64,000 nucleotides of DNA, from NCBI GenBank assembly GCA_030704615.1, contig CM060733.1, positions 41,416,001-41,480,000 of the forward strand. Direction: 5' to 3'. This document shows positions 36,666 through 48,548 of the stretch, piece by piece. The stretch comes from Takakia lepidozioides (lineage: Eukaryota > Plantae > Bryophyta). The position numbers and the translations under genes were made by a program. The number at the start of each line of letters is the position of its first letter. Position 1 is the first letter of the stretch. The notes below the pieces were generated by a model. It did no database searches. It was not told the origin of the DNA and saw only the letters and a list, made by a program, of their open reading frames with translations.

Positions 36666-37128
36666 TGTAATGCCCCATATTTGCCTAGACTAGAAATGAT
36701 CCGTTTCATCCGAAACGGCGATACACATCCATAGTATAATTTTTTGGCGTATAATGCCGTTAAACCGTTACAATGATATCTAGGTTAGGGTTAGTTTTGG
36801 CTGGTGGCTACATCCTTCATCAGATCTAGGGTAACAAAGCGGTGCTGTGGATTTTAGCTTGTGATGCCTCGCTATGTGGCAGACAACTAAAGCTAGGACT
36901 TTTGTATAAAAACGGCGCCCTGACATAAGGTCAGGGCGGTGTACTCGGGTGTTAGTGTATATGTGATTTTGGTGTACAAGCTTTGGATGAGAGCTCTTGT
37001 GTGTCAGATCCTTGTGTTTGATCGTCCTCTCGCGCATCGCTTGCTCTTTCCGCTTGCCCCTTTGTTGTGAAAACTTGTTTCTTGAGAGGAATGGAGTATA
37101 TGCTTCAGGCTCGTTTTGAGGCTTCACA
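36666..37128 (+). repeat. 3' LTR
   Basis: TG...CA termini; preceded by a G-rich tract and followed by the AGGT TSD. Confidence 0.92.
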
Positions 37129-37245
37129 AGGTGCAGTTCTGAGCTGCACAAAGAAAATATGTATATGCCTACAATGCAATATAAGACTAATGAGGATAGG
37201 CATGAATCAAGAGAGAGAAATAGACACAATTCATGAAAGACTAAT

Positions 37246-38011
37246 GGGTAAGTGCAGACTACACTGGCTCAAAAGCGGCAGATGTGCCCTCCACTGAAAG
37301 TCCATGAGAAAAAATTAATTAAATTTTTATAAATATATTTGTTCAAATATATTTTTATCTTCATGGGCAATGGTATAATAATCATATTTAGTAAATGGTC
37401 TCATCCCAAATATTTGGGATATTTTTATTATAATTTTTTAAAATAAATTTTCCTTATTTAGAAATAATAGCTATTTATCATTATCTTGTAGTTTATGAAA
37501 TTTTTCCATATAACAATAAGCTCATAGAGACAATAACAATATATATATTCTTAGCAAAGATCTCCACCCAAATATGAGTTTTTCAAAATGCTATGGACAA
37601 ATTGTCATTTTGGGGGTCTTTTGGGTACAGAAAAGTCCATACTGTCTTGATGGATGGATGGAATTGTTCACAAATTTATATTTGCGTCTATTCAAACATT
37701 GTGTATCTAGTTGTAAAGTCCATATATGAATTGGTTTTGCACAAATAGGTTTTTCATATGGAATTTGGGACATTAGATGGACTATGACAGTCCATTGGAA
37801 TTCCCTACAAAAGTCCATAGCTTCATGAGATTTCATCCAAATTCCAAAATAATTATACCCACATGTATATATGGTAAGTGGCGAATCCATTCTAAGTCCA
37901 TTTGCTATGAATGTATACTTATGTGTATAGGGTGAAGAATAATATGACAAGCAGTAAGTTGAAAACTGCAAATTGCAGTCCAAACTGAGCCAGTGTAATC
38001 TGCATCTACCC
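37246..38011. mobile_element. MITE with 26-bp TIRs, possibly Tourist/PIF-Harbinger-like
   Basis: gggtaagtgcagactacactggctca / tgagccagtgtaatctgcatctaccc, with an AT-rich interior. Confidence 0.8.
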
Positions 38012-38739
38012 AAATCACGTGCTTTGTTGAATTTACTTGTTGTGCAGTATATATCCTCTACAAGGGGGCAACTGAAAGATTCATTCGCAATCACCAAATC
38101 ATGATCAGGACCTTAATCCAAGATCATTCAGGGGTCTATGAATCCCAACACGTCTTTCAACCTCTCAGACATGCATTGGATTTATACATAGCTCAAATGA
38201 CAGAGTGTTATATGATTCAACCGGGCCCAACCCAACATCCTATTCATTCCCCCCTTCCCCTCAAACAAAATGGGAGGAATGCATCAGCATTACAAAGTCT
38301 TTTTACTTTCAGGATTTTCGGACACAAGTTTTAAGGATCCCCCTGATGGTGTAGTGACTGAGTGAGGTTTTAATCTACGAGTTCACGTTCATGAAGAACA
38401 TAAACTCTGCACGGCGTAAACTCTTGGGTTTGCACTGATTTGGGGTTGATGCACTCCAACTGGTGTCATGTATGTAGATATGATGTGGATATAGCTTATG
38501 AAGGCTCCACAAAGCTGGAAGGGTGACTGATTTCTAATCCAACACTAGTTAGCTCCTACGCTAGCATCCACTCGGACGATCAATCAAACTTGTTTTTTTC
38601 TTAATGTATTTCGATTTGAATGTTAACGTGGCATGCGTGTGTAGACTTGGTCTCTTTCTTAATCCTTAAGTTCCCAAGCGACCTGAATCGGGTCACTTTG
38701 AATTTGCAGTTCGACCTAATTTTTGCATATCTGCGGGAA

Positions 38740-40173
38740 GTACAGGTGTTCGCATAGCTACTACAGCCCATCACAGTGCCACACAGCCTATCACAGCCCA
38801 TCACAGCGTGACACAGCTTATCACAGCCCATCACAGTGTCACACAGCCTATCACAATTCACCACAGTTAGTCACAGCCTGTCACAACCCAACACAGCCCA
38901 TGCGGGTTACACAGTCCATTGGGTCAGTGACATGTGGACGCGGGTTAACGTCAGAAAAGTGGCCGTCAAGTGAAGAAGAAGTTTGGAAGTCAAACTTGGA
39001 GAATATGCCACGCGGAGAGGGGAAGTCGGGGGCATGTCTAAAAACGGACACGTGGCCACTAAGGCGAAGCACACCGCAGTGCATAGATTGCAAGAGTGGG
39101 TCTCATCATGCAAGAGGACAAATCGGGCCGTCAAAGTACCTATCCGGTACATCAGCTAAAACTAATTGTGGGCCCATTAATGCATTCAGGGCAGGGGTAA
39201 CAGAACCCTTTCCGAGTACAGAAAAGAGGGACTTATGCCACATGTGCTGTCCTACTGGACATTCCAGGTGGGAATGTCCACGGAGGGGGGTGGAATTAAG
39301 AAGTTACCTAAGCAGGCAACAGCCAATCAGGAGTGAGAATTTCATGCAGGTGGTTCCCTCCAAGAAACAAGAACAAGAAATTGGAAGTGTTATGAGCGGA
39401 AGAGTCGGGGTGGCTCCGAATAGCCAGTGTCTCGACGAGAGGGGCAATCAAAGCACTAGCTTTGTAGCTATGGCGGATGTAACGGATTACACGCTCGCTT
39501 TACTTCTCACGCAGTGGCGCAAGGACGGACGAATTGAGAGTACATTTTCTCTCACTCAATACTTGCAAGCCCCACAGGCTTACATGCACTTACCTGTTCC
39601 ATTCTGTGCCAACCATACCTTTATGCTCTGTGCCCTGCAAGCTTTCCTACAACTGTTTCAAACAAGGCATTTTTGTTCGTCTAGAATGAAGAGAGTGAGG
39701 GGAATGGAGGATATCAGGGTGAAGAACATCACGATTCTGCAGAAGCAAACAATTGCTACACCGCAGACGGTGCAGCTGCTGAGGGAGTTGCGATTGGAGG
39801 GGCTGCTACGCAAGGACTGGTCCTTGCATCATCGGTAGTATATGATTCAATTTCTTCAGAACTTTGAGCCTCGGACAGGAGTTACCCAGGTGAGGGGAGT
39901 ACATATAGAAATTACTCCCCAATACTTGCAGCAATTGTTTGATTTGCCATCGGGTCATGTGGATGTGGATGAGCACATGGCAAGATTGCAGATAGGGAAT
40001 TTGTTCCAAGAAGGGAGTTTCTTTAAGACTCAAGGTTACGCTTGTACCAAAGCCGAGTACCCAGGGCTCAGAGAAGTTGGCCAAATATTGAACGTTCTGT
40101 TTGCTATGAAACAGAACCAACAATATTTGAGCAGGTCATTCACAGAGGAGATCCTGAAAGCTTTGAGGGGAGA
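38740..40173 (+). mobile_element. Fragment of a second Gypsy family: 30-bp tandem array plus the start of an extra 3' ORF
   Basis: Homologous to 58540-60020 (DYTLALLLTQW, ELRLEGLLRK, MIQFLQNFEPRT, QNQQYLSRSFTEEILKALR). Truncated at ~40173 by unrelated sequence. Confidence 0.88.
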
Positions 40174-40919
40174 GGGGCCCACTCCTGAAGCTTTAAATGA
40201 CAAGGGATTTATCTCAAATATGATGCAAAAAACAAAATTAAAAAAAAACAAAAGCTTCAACCTACAAAAAAATATCTTAGATCTCTCATTTACGTTTTGG
40301 GGCCTGAAAATGGCTTGTTGACCGCTGACGTGGCAGATGAACAAGCCCAAAAGAGATTGCACTCCAAAGGCCATTTTTGGCAGAAAATTAGCAATTTTGG
40401 AAAAAACACTTCACCTTGTGGTGTCTGAGCATTACATACACACATCCACCATTGGCTTTTAAAAATTTTGTAGGAAAAAAAGTACTTCATTTGGAGGCAC
40501 ATTTTCTCTTGTCAATTTTGAGATTTCAACCCCCATGTAATTGCATGAATAGCAACCATAGGTGAAAAAATCAGTTGTACCTGCAATTTAGTGGGGTCAT
40601 AGCCACTCCACTATTGATTTGGAAATGGTGGGTCTTGGGGCAAGCAAAATTGGATAAAGCTAGGTTTTGATTTGGTCAAACCAATTTCTTTCTCACTTTT
40701 TCTTGGGGACATGATATTTGAGGTCTGGGCCAACGCTATAGTCTCACATTTTCCACGGTGGACTTGGCTCATTTTTTGGTATGTCATGCATAAATGAGCT
40801 GGGCCCATTGCTATAAGGCTGGAATCTCTGGATGAATTTTGGTAGGTTTTAGGGGCAATTTACTGCAGTTGGGTACCCAAAATTGGTAAAAAGTCAAAAA
40901 AGGGCTTGGGAAGGGTTAA
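40174..40919. mobile_element. Non-coding DNA-transposon-like segment that truncates the Gypsy fragment
   Basis: Abrupt loss of homology to the 60020+ copy; AT-rich; right end reads AAGGG|TTAA, a piggyBac-like terminus, but no matching left end was found. Confidence 0.4.
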
Positions 40920-41108
40920 TCAGCACCCAATCCGTCTCACATTTTTGCTGCTTTCATTCTTCGGATAATACAGTAACATTTTTGTTAGTATTTTCAAACA
41001 GACTATATCCACGAGAGATCAACCCTCATGAAGGTTCTTTTATGCAAACTACAAAAGAAAGTTGAGAATAGGTAGAGTAAGGGGCTGCCCCCCGGAGAGA
41101 AGGGTCAA

Positions 41109-41218
41109 GTGTAGGGCCGGCCGAATGACCGGGTCGCGATGGGCCCGCAGACCAGCCGCCCTAGATGGTCGGGCCCGGGTTGCATCGCCCGGCCCGAAGG
41201 ACGCGGTGCCGCCCTACA
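41109..41218. mobile_element. Small GC-rich hAT-like MITE
   Basis: tgtagggccggc ... gccgccctaca inverted ends with internal ggcccg motifs. Confidence 0.45.
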
Positions 41219-44200
41219 GTAGCTGCTGTAAATCAAGTCTCGTAGTTGGACGGCTGAGGAACGGATGAAATATTGTTGATTCTTTCAGGTTTGTCCGTCT
41301 GATCCCGTAAACGGACGGCCACGCTGACGTCTCGCCTGTCGATACCTCCACGACAGTTATGGTCGCAAATGCACAGGCAGCCTGCAGCGAGTGAACTTCC
41401 TTTATACGTACCGTATTCGTACATAACTAATATGTACTATATGGTATCGTACGCTCACACGCCATTCGGGGAAATTCAATGCTGAGAAATTTCTTGAATT
41501 AAAAACATATGAATCAAAATATCGGGGCTTCATTCCCTTTATTTAAAAAAATCAAAAGCGATCAACTCCGCCCTCGACATCCTTAGCTACTTTGCCCAAG
41601 ATGTGGGGTGTACCGTTTGCCTACACGCTCCGAGGTCCATCGTAAAAGCTTGTTCAGGCTGGCAAACGGATTGATTATGTGCGTCAGGCAATCGATCAGC
41701 TCAATCATAGGGCCTCTCCTTATTTTATTGAAGCCGGAAATTGAATATTTGAATATTTTGTTTCATTAAAGAGAAACCTGTAGTAGCCGCACCACTTTTT
41801 CAATTTACTTTTCTCACTAAAGGCAGAAATTACTTCTCCCCGCAGGGTACGGTAACTTGGTGCCAGACCGCTTACCCACCTACCCAGGTACTTCAGTACC
41901 TGTCTTCGATACGTACTGTTTCTAAGGTATTATGCATATCATATCGTATGATGTTACGTAGCTACGAGGTCAGCCGACGCAGTGGTCGGGGGTTCAAACG
42001 TTCAAACCCACGCATTTCCTGCCCACAGTCTTATCTTGTATATGTACGCAGACGTGGCAAGTAAGAGTGGTGGTGTCAGATGGAACGGAGACCTTGGTGC
42101 TGCAACCTCACCATTGGAATGTCAACTTCCGTTGTGTTCAACGGATCCAAGGAGAACGTGAGAACATTCCAAGTTAGGTGAAATCCCGGCCCGATGGATT
42201 TGAGATGCCCTGTCCCCGGGCCAGGGGTCAGAAATCCGGGAAAGTTCGAGGGCCAGGATTTTTCCTGTGGTAAAGAGCCATCCGGGGATTGAGACACCTG
42301 TCTGAGTGCCAGAAAGTTGGGGCAAAATTCCGTGGTAATGTGCAACTAGAGGCCTCATCCTGGGAGCAGATAGCTGGAATCTGTGGCGGCGGGAATTCTT
42401 GCACTAGGAAAGTCCCCATTGGAACCAACAGAAAAATTGATGGTGAGTAGGCCTAACCAACCGGCTCCAATATTCTCCCTTTGCAGAGGATAGTAGGCCT
42501 GGCAGCAGCTTTGCCTGAAGGGGCGAGCTGGCTGGGAAGCAGCGTAAGTGGATTGCGCTTACCAGCTTCTGATGATTGCTGCTGGGCAAGTCTAATTCTT
42601 ATGGGGAAGCAGGGCTAATGATTCTGCTCATCCTGCTCTTCAAATTGGACAGAATCGGCAGGCGAGATCCATTGGGGTAGGTAGGGGGTAGCATGCACAA
42701 ATGGGTGAGGGCTGGAGATGAGGATGAAGTTTGTTGAAGGGGTGGACCACACAGGCAGACACAGCCTGCAAGACGGAACTGTTACGTATTAGGTCGTATT
42801 CATGTTCGGATGGTTGACCAAGGGACGGAACCCAAGTAACGGAATCATTTCATGTTCATCCTTCCTTGCGACTGGGTCAGAGCCGCTGATTCTGTGGATG
42901 ATGCATCCCACATGGCCCAAAATGTGAAGAGGACCCTCAAGTTGCCATTTCACACTGGCAACACGCGAAAGGCTGAGAGGGAAAAACACCTATTGTTATT
43001 GTTTGTACTTCCCAGGTAAGACCTCATTGGTGTACCATAAGTGATGAAAAATGAAAAGGTGACCCTGGTAGCGGATGAAGTTTTTAGAAGGGTATAAGTG
43101 CATGTTTATGGTATTTCTCCTCTTATTAGTCCCAAATAGGAGCACCAGTACCGCCCTCTTTCCAAATCATAATAGTAATTATAATAATCATTAATATTCT
43201 TATGTTATATGAAGCTGGGGCGCCGAAAAGAAAAGTTAGATATCTTTATTCACAAAGGAGGAGCCATTACGTGAGGACCCGCTAACTTTTTTTCATTTTT
43301 ATTTACTTGCAGGGAAGCCATAAGACCAACAGAGGAGACACTGCTCAGTAACCTTTATTTTCTTTGTCTAAAAATGACACGTGAAGGCCCATCTAGCCCC
43401 TGGCCTTCACCCCTGGAGTTTGAAGATGATATCAATTGGAAGCACAAAAAGAACAGGAACTCTAAGATTAAAGCACACTTGAGCTTTGAGGCCCTTAGAT
43501 CTAAGCATTAGGCTCCCATCTCTTTCTGCGTTTTCTTCTGGTTTCAGATCGACTCCGTTGCTTTGCTCTGCAGGTTTGCACGCTTCCGGTTTGGCATAGG
43601 TGGTAGAATTTCATTCTTAGATTTATGGCCTGGCTTTAATTTGATTAACAGGGCTCCGTCCCCTTTTAATTTTAAAAAGAAAAAATATAAAAAAATCAAC
43701 GCACAAAGCCCTACCTAGTTATTTTCTGCAAAAAGGTTTTTATTTTTTGGACTTCAGCTGTATGGTAATCATGAAGGCAAGCTCCCTGCAATGTACCATT
43801 TCTCTCAACAGAAAGAACCTGAATAAACGAATAATCCTTTTTGTTATCATAATGATCCACGCAAAAATATGGGATTACATTTTGGTTGCATTTTCTAAAT
43901 AATCAAATGTACTGCATGCATTCGCTACACGTCAATTCCTGGTTCGTTTATTCTATTTCTCGCACGACTTGAGGTGCAATATTTATTTATTATTTTAGGT
44001 GCAATATTACTGAAGAGAAATCCAGAAATACAAGGATCTTCAAAGCAAAGAAAGAAAAGGGAAGGAGGAAAAGCAAGCTGGCCAAGTGTACGGGCGTCCG
44101 CTATCTTCACACGTGGCAAACGCACACACATCCACGGATCCCTGTCTGGCGGAGTCGGGTCGGGAGACGCCGGGCCCACACTGGACGGCGTTCGGACGGA

Positions 44201-45428
44201 ACATGCCTGCCTGCACATGCTGGCCGTATAACCACTAATAAAATCGCGCCACGTGACGAGCGTATCCAATGGCACGGGGACGGTTACGATCCCGTCGTAG
44301 GAAACGGAATGGCGGGGTGCGACGGGTTTGGCGCCCCGGTTGATGGCGCCACATATTTGGCGGGGGCGGCAGGAGGAATAAAATAGAATGTGGCAGTAAG
44401 AGTGTCGTCACAGGGAGGGCCCCCCGGCAACTAAACTGGCAGGGATTGCTGTGTTGCTGATCCGCTCTTGCGCTCGCCTTGCTTTACTGCTGCTGTGTTT
44501 TCTGTGCCACCCTTGGATAAGAATGCGGTCCACCGAGCTTACTTGTAGCTCTTTTGTATCGCATTTGCGGCTGAGTGCTTGCGCTCGTATCTAGAGTTTT
44601 TCCCGCTTTGTGACTGAGTGTGAAGTTGTGATTCGATCTGATCAACCCTCTCAGATTGTCAATTGTAACTCTAGTCTGGACAAGTGTTGGCAGGACGTTC
44701 GCTCTTCGTTGGTCTATCCGATTTCAATCTCCTGCTTCCATGCTGCGTTTGGTTGAGTGTAAGAGCGATAGACTAGCACTGCGAGAAACCTGGCGCTGTG
44801 AAGGAGAAATCTGCTTTAAGCACATCAGTATAGGCAAGCGAGAGGGTGAAATGCCTGCGGATTGAGTGTAGTCTGTGCGGCCTCAACTCGCTGGGAGAAC
44901 AAGTGTGACTGATCAAAGCCCGGAGAATATCTATGTTTTGAGAAGAATACACTGCGAGATTGAGTGTAGACTGGTGTGTGTTTTATCAACATCTCAGAGG
45001 TTAATAAAAAAGGCTCAAACTTTCTTATGTACAAGTTACTTTGGAATGAATGTGTCCAGAATATAAGGCACAAGAGTTCTGCGAGCTAGGCACGTCGGTC
45101 TTTAGAAGAGTTTGAGACCTATGCGCATTTTCTTACAGGAAACTGAAGGGGGAAAGGGAGTGAGGTCAAATAAAATCAGGACAGATCTTTAGTAGAATTG
45201 TTCAAGACCTGACCAAAGGCTCACCATGGCACAGTAGAAAGGGCTACGGCTACAGAAGAAACCTCAAGTTCTTGTGACAAAGAGGAATCAGATGTAGAGT
45301 TATCTTGATAGGAGAGGCTGAGAGAAAATTGCAGCAAGCCGTAGTTCCTCACTCAAGTCGAGAAGGGATACCATTGAGCTTCCTGCTTAAAGGAAGAGTT
45401 GTCGAGCGAATAGAGAAGGGGGGCAGAC

Positions 45429-48400
45429 ATGGCTATGGCTGCAATTTCAGAGTTTGTTGCACTAGTGTGGCAGCATCCCTTGGTCTCATGCTGTTTTCTT
45501 GTCTTGTTCACTCCTCCATTCTTTCCAGTATTGAAGTTCTTCTCTCCCCTTTTCATCTCTACGGGCTTGTGTATCGTCGCAATGGTGAGCATGGGACCCC
45601 GTATGGAGGAGTCACATGCGGATGGGGAGATGGAGTTCAGGAGGACTCCACACGTGAAGGTTTGGGAGGATAAGCGAGCAAGACTCGACGAAGACGGCAA
45701 CAATGAGAGGGTATCAATGAGGCAAAAGTCAGGTAGAGAGGATAGCTGGATGAACTGGTTAAAGCATATTGAGGAGAAGGGCCTAGCGTGGGTGGCCAGT
45801 AAATTTAAGAACGAAAACTGGAGGGGGGCGTTCCTGAATGATGAGAATGTGTCCATATTGCAAGAGGCCTTCGCCCACAAGCTCGGGGATCCCGCCAAAG
45901 AGATGTCCTATGATGTTCCTTCAGACAGAAGTGTCAAGAAGGAATTTGATATTCACCACAGTTTACCAGTCTCAGACAATCTGGTTGCCGAGCAAGATGC
46001 CTCTAGGGAACTTCCCGCGGACTTGGCCTTTTCTCATTCTAGGGAACTCCCCACCGAATTGGTCTTTTCTCACAGTGTCGGCAATGAACCTGATAGTCCT
46101 CCCATGGAACCACTCCCACCTCCTTACATGGAAGCTGATGCTCCCCCGATGGAACCTGACATTACAGCGATGGAGCCAGATAACGGCATTCGCGGTGGGC
46201 CTACTATTGTCCCTGCCGCTGAGATAGTGGAGGAGGCATCCGTTCCTGCTAGTGAAGTTCGCGAGCTTCCTGCTGCAGTAGAGAGATCGGTTCCATCTGG
46301 CACTGAAGTTTGTGAGCCTCCTCCTGCAGTAGAATCGTCGCCTGATGCCCTTGAGGTTCATGAGGCTCCTACTGCAGTGGCGTCATCGGTTTCTGCCTCT
46401 GAGGGTGACGAGCTTCCCGCTGCCGTCGAGTCATCTGATTCTGACTGTGAGGATCAGGAGTCTCCTGCTGCAGTGGATCCAATCCAGATTCCTCCGGAAG
46501 CAGATGAGCCTGCACTCTCGAATCTAGATATGGACGCGGTACAAAGTCCTGAGGCCTTGTTTGTTCCCGTACAAGAAAATGACTTCAACTTCGATGACCT
46601 TGAGAGTTCTGACCAGGAAAATGCCAAACGGTTGACTACATCTGATAAGATCGCTGCAATGGAAAGGCTAGTTGATGCAATGGATTCACCAGGCCAGGAG
46701 TTAAAATCTCGTGCTTCAACAGTGATCAGAGCACTGCGGCCAACTGATGATGAGCAGGTAACCCACCTCACAGAGAAGCTCAGGGATTTTGTAGAAGGAC
46801 CTACCTCATTCCATTTGTCACCTAAGGCTCAGGAAGTGCCGTCGCGTTCCAGCAATCTTAAGCCGCCACCACCTGGCAGAAGAAGATCAATTGGTTACTA
46901 CTCAAGTTCAGACGAGACCTCTTCAGGGGAGGAAGAGTTGTCAGACTCGGACCCAGAATCCGAATCGGAAGACGAAATTGATACGCCTGTCATGCCCTCT
47001 GAGTTGAAGCTTCATCGGCCTACCAAGATCCAACCCTTGGAGGAACCTTTGGAGGAAACCAAGCTGGACGAGATCCAGCTTTTGGAACAAAAGAAGCTGC
47101 AGGAGATTCAGCCTTTGAAACATACTCAGCTTGGTGAGATCAAGCCTTGGGAACAGAACATTGAGAGTCAGCCTTTGGTACAAAACAAGCTGCATGAGGT
47201 TCAGGCTTTTGAACAGGTGCAGCTCCATGAGAATGAACCTTGGGAACAGACCAAGGACTGTGAGATCCAGCCTTTGGAACAAAACAAGCTGCTTGACCTT
47301 CAGCCTTTGTCAAAGCAGGCTCAGCTCCATGAGGTCGAGTCCTGGAAGGTACATGAGATCCAGCCTTTGGGGCAAAACACACCACCTGAGATTCAGCCTC
47401 TGAAACAAACTCAGCTTGGTGAGATTGAGCCTTGGGAACAGACCAACGTCCATGAGATCCAGCCTTTGGAAAAAAACAATCTGCATGAGCTTCAGCCTTT
47501 CCCAAAGCAGGCTCAGCTCCATGAGATCGACTCCTGGGAACAGACCAGGATCCATGAGTTCCAGCCTTTGGAACAAAACAAGCTGCATGAGAGTCATCCT
47601 CTGGAACAGGCTCAGCTCCAGGAACAGACCATGGTCCATGATATGCAGCCTTTGGAACAAATCAAGCTGGATGAGATTCAGCCTCTAGAACAGGGTCACC
47701 TCCAGGAACAGACCAATGTGACACATGAGATCCAGCCTTTGGAACAAAACAAGCTGCGTGAGATTCAGCCTCTGGAACAGGCTCACCTCCAGGAACAGAG
47801 CAAGGTCCATGAGATCCAGCCTTTGGAACAAAACAAGCTGCGTGAGATTCAGCCTCTGGAACAGGCTCAGCTCCAGGAACAAAGCAAGGTCCATGAGATC
47901 CAGCCTTTGGAACAAAACAAGCTGCGTGAGATTCAGCCTCTGGAACAGGCTCAGCTCCAGGAACAGATTAAGGTCCATGAGATCCAGCATGTGCGTCAAA
48001 GCAAGCTGCATGAGATTAAGCCTCTGGAACAGGCTCAGCTCCAGGAACAAACGAAGAAGGTCCATGAGATCCAGCCTGTGGACCAAAACAAGCTGCGTAA
48101 GATTCAGCCACTGGAACAGGCTCAGCTCCAGGAACAGAGCAAGGTCCACGAGATGATCCAGACTGTGGAACAAAACAAGCTGCTTGAGATTCAGCCTCTG
48201 GAACAGGCTCAGCTCCAGGAACAGAGCAAGGTTCATGAGATCCAGCCTGTGGAACAAAACAAGCTGCGTGAGATTCAGCCTTTGTCAAAGCAGGCTCAGT
48301 TCCATGAGGTCAAGCCCTGGAAGGTCCATGAGCTCCAACCTTTGGAACAAAGGAAACTGCATGAGATACAGGCTCAGCTCCATGATATCCAGCCTTGGGA

Positions 48401-48548
48401 ACAAAGCAAGGTCCATGTGATCCAGCCTTGGGAACTGAGCAAGGTCCATGTGATCGAGCCTTGGGAACAGATGAAGCTTCATGAGACCGAGCCTTGGGAA
48501 CAATCCAAGCTTCATGAGATGGCCCAGCCTTTGGAACAAAGAGCGTAG
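45429..48548 (+). CDS. 1039-aa single-exon protein with an N-terminal membrane anchor, an acidic disordered middle and a ~500-aa Gln/Glu-rich tandem repeat
   Basis: Intact long ORF. N-terminus HPLVSCCFLVLF...FFSPLFISTGLCIVAMVSMGP resembles the plant 'cardiomyopathy-associated protein 5-like' (At2g29620/At1g07330-type) N-terminus. Confidence 0.85.
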   Translation: MAMAAISEFVALVWQHPLVSCCFLVLFTPPFFPVLKFFSPLFISTGLCIVAMVSMGPRMEESHADGEMEFRRTPHVKVWEDKRARLDEDGNNERVSMRQKSGREDSWMNWLKHIEEKGLAWVASKFKNENWRGAFLNDENVSILQEAFAHKLGDPAKEMSYDVPSDRSVKKEFDIHHSLPVSDNLVAEQDASRELPADLAFSHSRELPTELVFSHSVGNEPDSPPMEPLPPPYMEADAPPMEPDITAMEPDNGIRGGPTIVPAAEIVEEASVPASEVRELPAAVERSVPSGTEVCEPPPAVESSPDALEVHEAPTAVASSVSASEGDELPAAVESSDSDCEDQESPAAVDPIQIPPEADEPALSNLDMDAVQSPEALFVPVQENDFNFDDLESSDQENAKRLTTSDKIAAMERLVDAMDSPGQELKSRASTVIRALRPTDDEQVTHLTEKLRDFVEGPTSFHLSPKAQEVPSRSSNLKPPPPGRRRSIGYYSSSDETSSGEEELSDSDPESESEDEIDTPVMPSELKLHRPTKIQPLEEPLEETKLDEIQLLEQKKLQEIQPLKHTQLGEIKPWEQNIESQPLVQNKLHEVQAFEQVQLHENEPWEQTKDCEIQPLEQNKLLDLQPLSKQAQLHEVESWKVHEIQPLGQNTPPEIQPLKQTQLGEIEPWEQTNVHEIQPLEKNNLHELQPFPKQAQLHEIDSWEQTRIHEFQPLEQNKLHESHPLEQAQLQEQTMVHDMQPLEQIKLDEIQPLEQGHLQEQTNVTHEIQPLEQNKLREIQPLEQAHLQEQSKVHEIQPLEQNKLREIQPLEQAQLQEQSKVHEIQPLEQNKLREIQPLEQAQLQEQIKVHEIQHVRQSKLHEIKPLEQAQLQEQTKKVHEIQPVDQNKLRKIQPLEQAQLQEQSKVHEMIQTVEQNKLLEIQPLEQAQLQEQSKVHEIQPVEQNKLREIQPLSKQAQFHEVKPWKVHELQPLEQRKLHEIQAQLHDIQPWEQSKVHVIQPWELSKVHVIEPWEQMKLHETEPWEQSKLHEMAQPLEQRA
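47020..48545 (+). repeat. Coding minisatellite: 33-nt units organised into 84-nt higher-order units
   Basis: catgagatccagcctttggaacaaaacaagctg-type units; the protein repeat HEIQPLEQNKLREIQPLEQAQLQEQSKV recurs. Confidence 0.95.

Larger units (their letters stand above)
28931..37128 (+). mobile_element. Decayed Ty3/Gypsy LTR retrotransposon with a 4-bp TSD (AGGT); no protease or integrase core found
   Basis: LTRs 28931-29382 and 36666-37128 (TGTAAT...TCACA in the 3' LTR). tRNA-Ala-like PBS TGGTGGAGA at 29383. Gag remnant at ~32580-32700, RT (CVDFRKLN, YIDDI), RNase H (LQTDAS) and integrase C-terminal part (FAYRTAVHASTKKTPFELLY). Trp-to-stop mutations present. Confidence 0.93.

Noticed and set aside
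38723-39838. 371-aa ORF as a host gene
   Set aside because: It spans the tandem array and spacer of a Gypsy fragment; only its 3' part is homologous to the element's extra ORF.
42076-42989. Possible small spliced gene on the minus strand
   Set aside because: Some splice-like sites, but no consistent reading frame or recognisable homology.
46941-48539. Antisense and alternative-frame repetitive ORFs
   Set aside because: Shadows of the 33/84-nt coding minisatellite.
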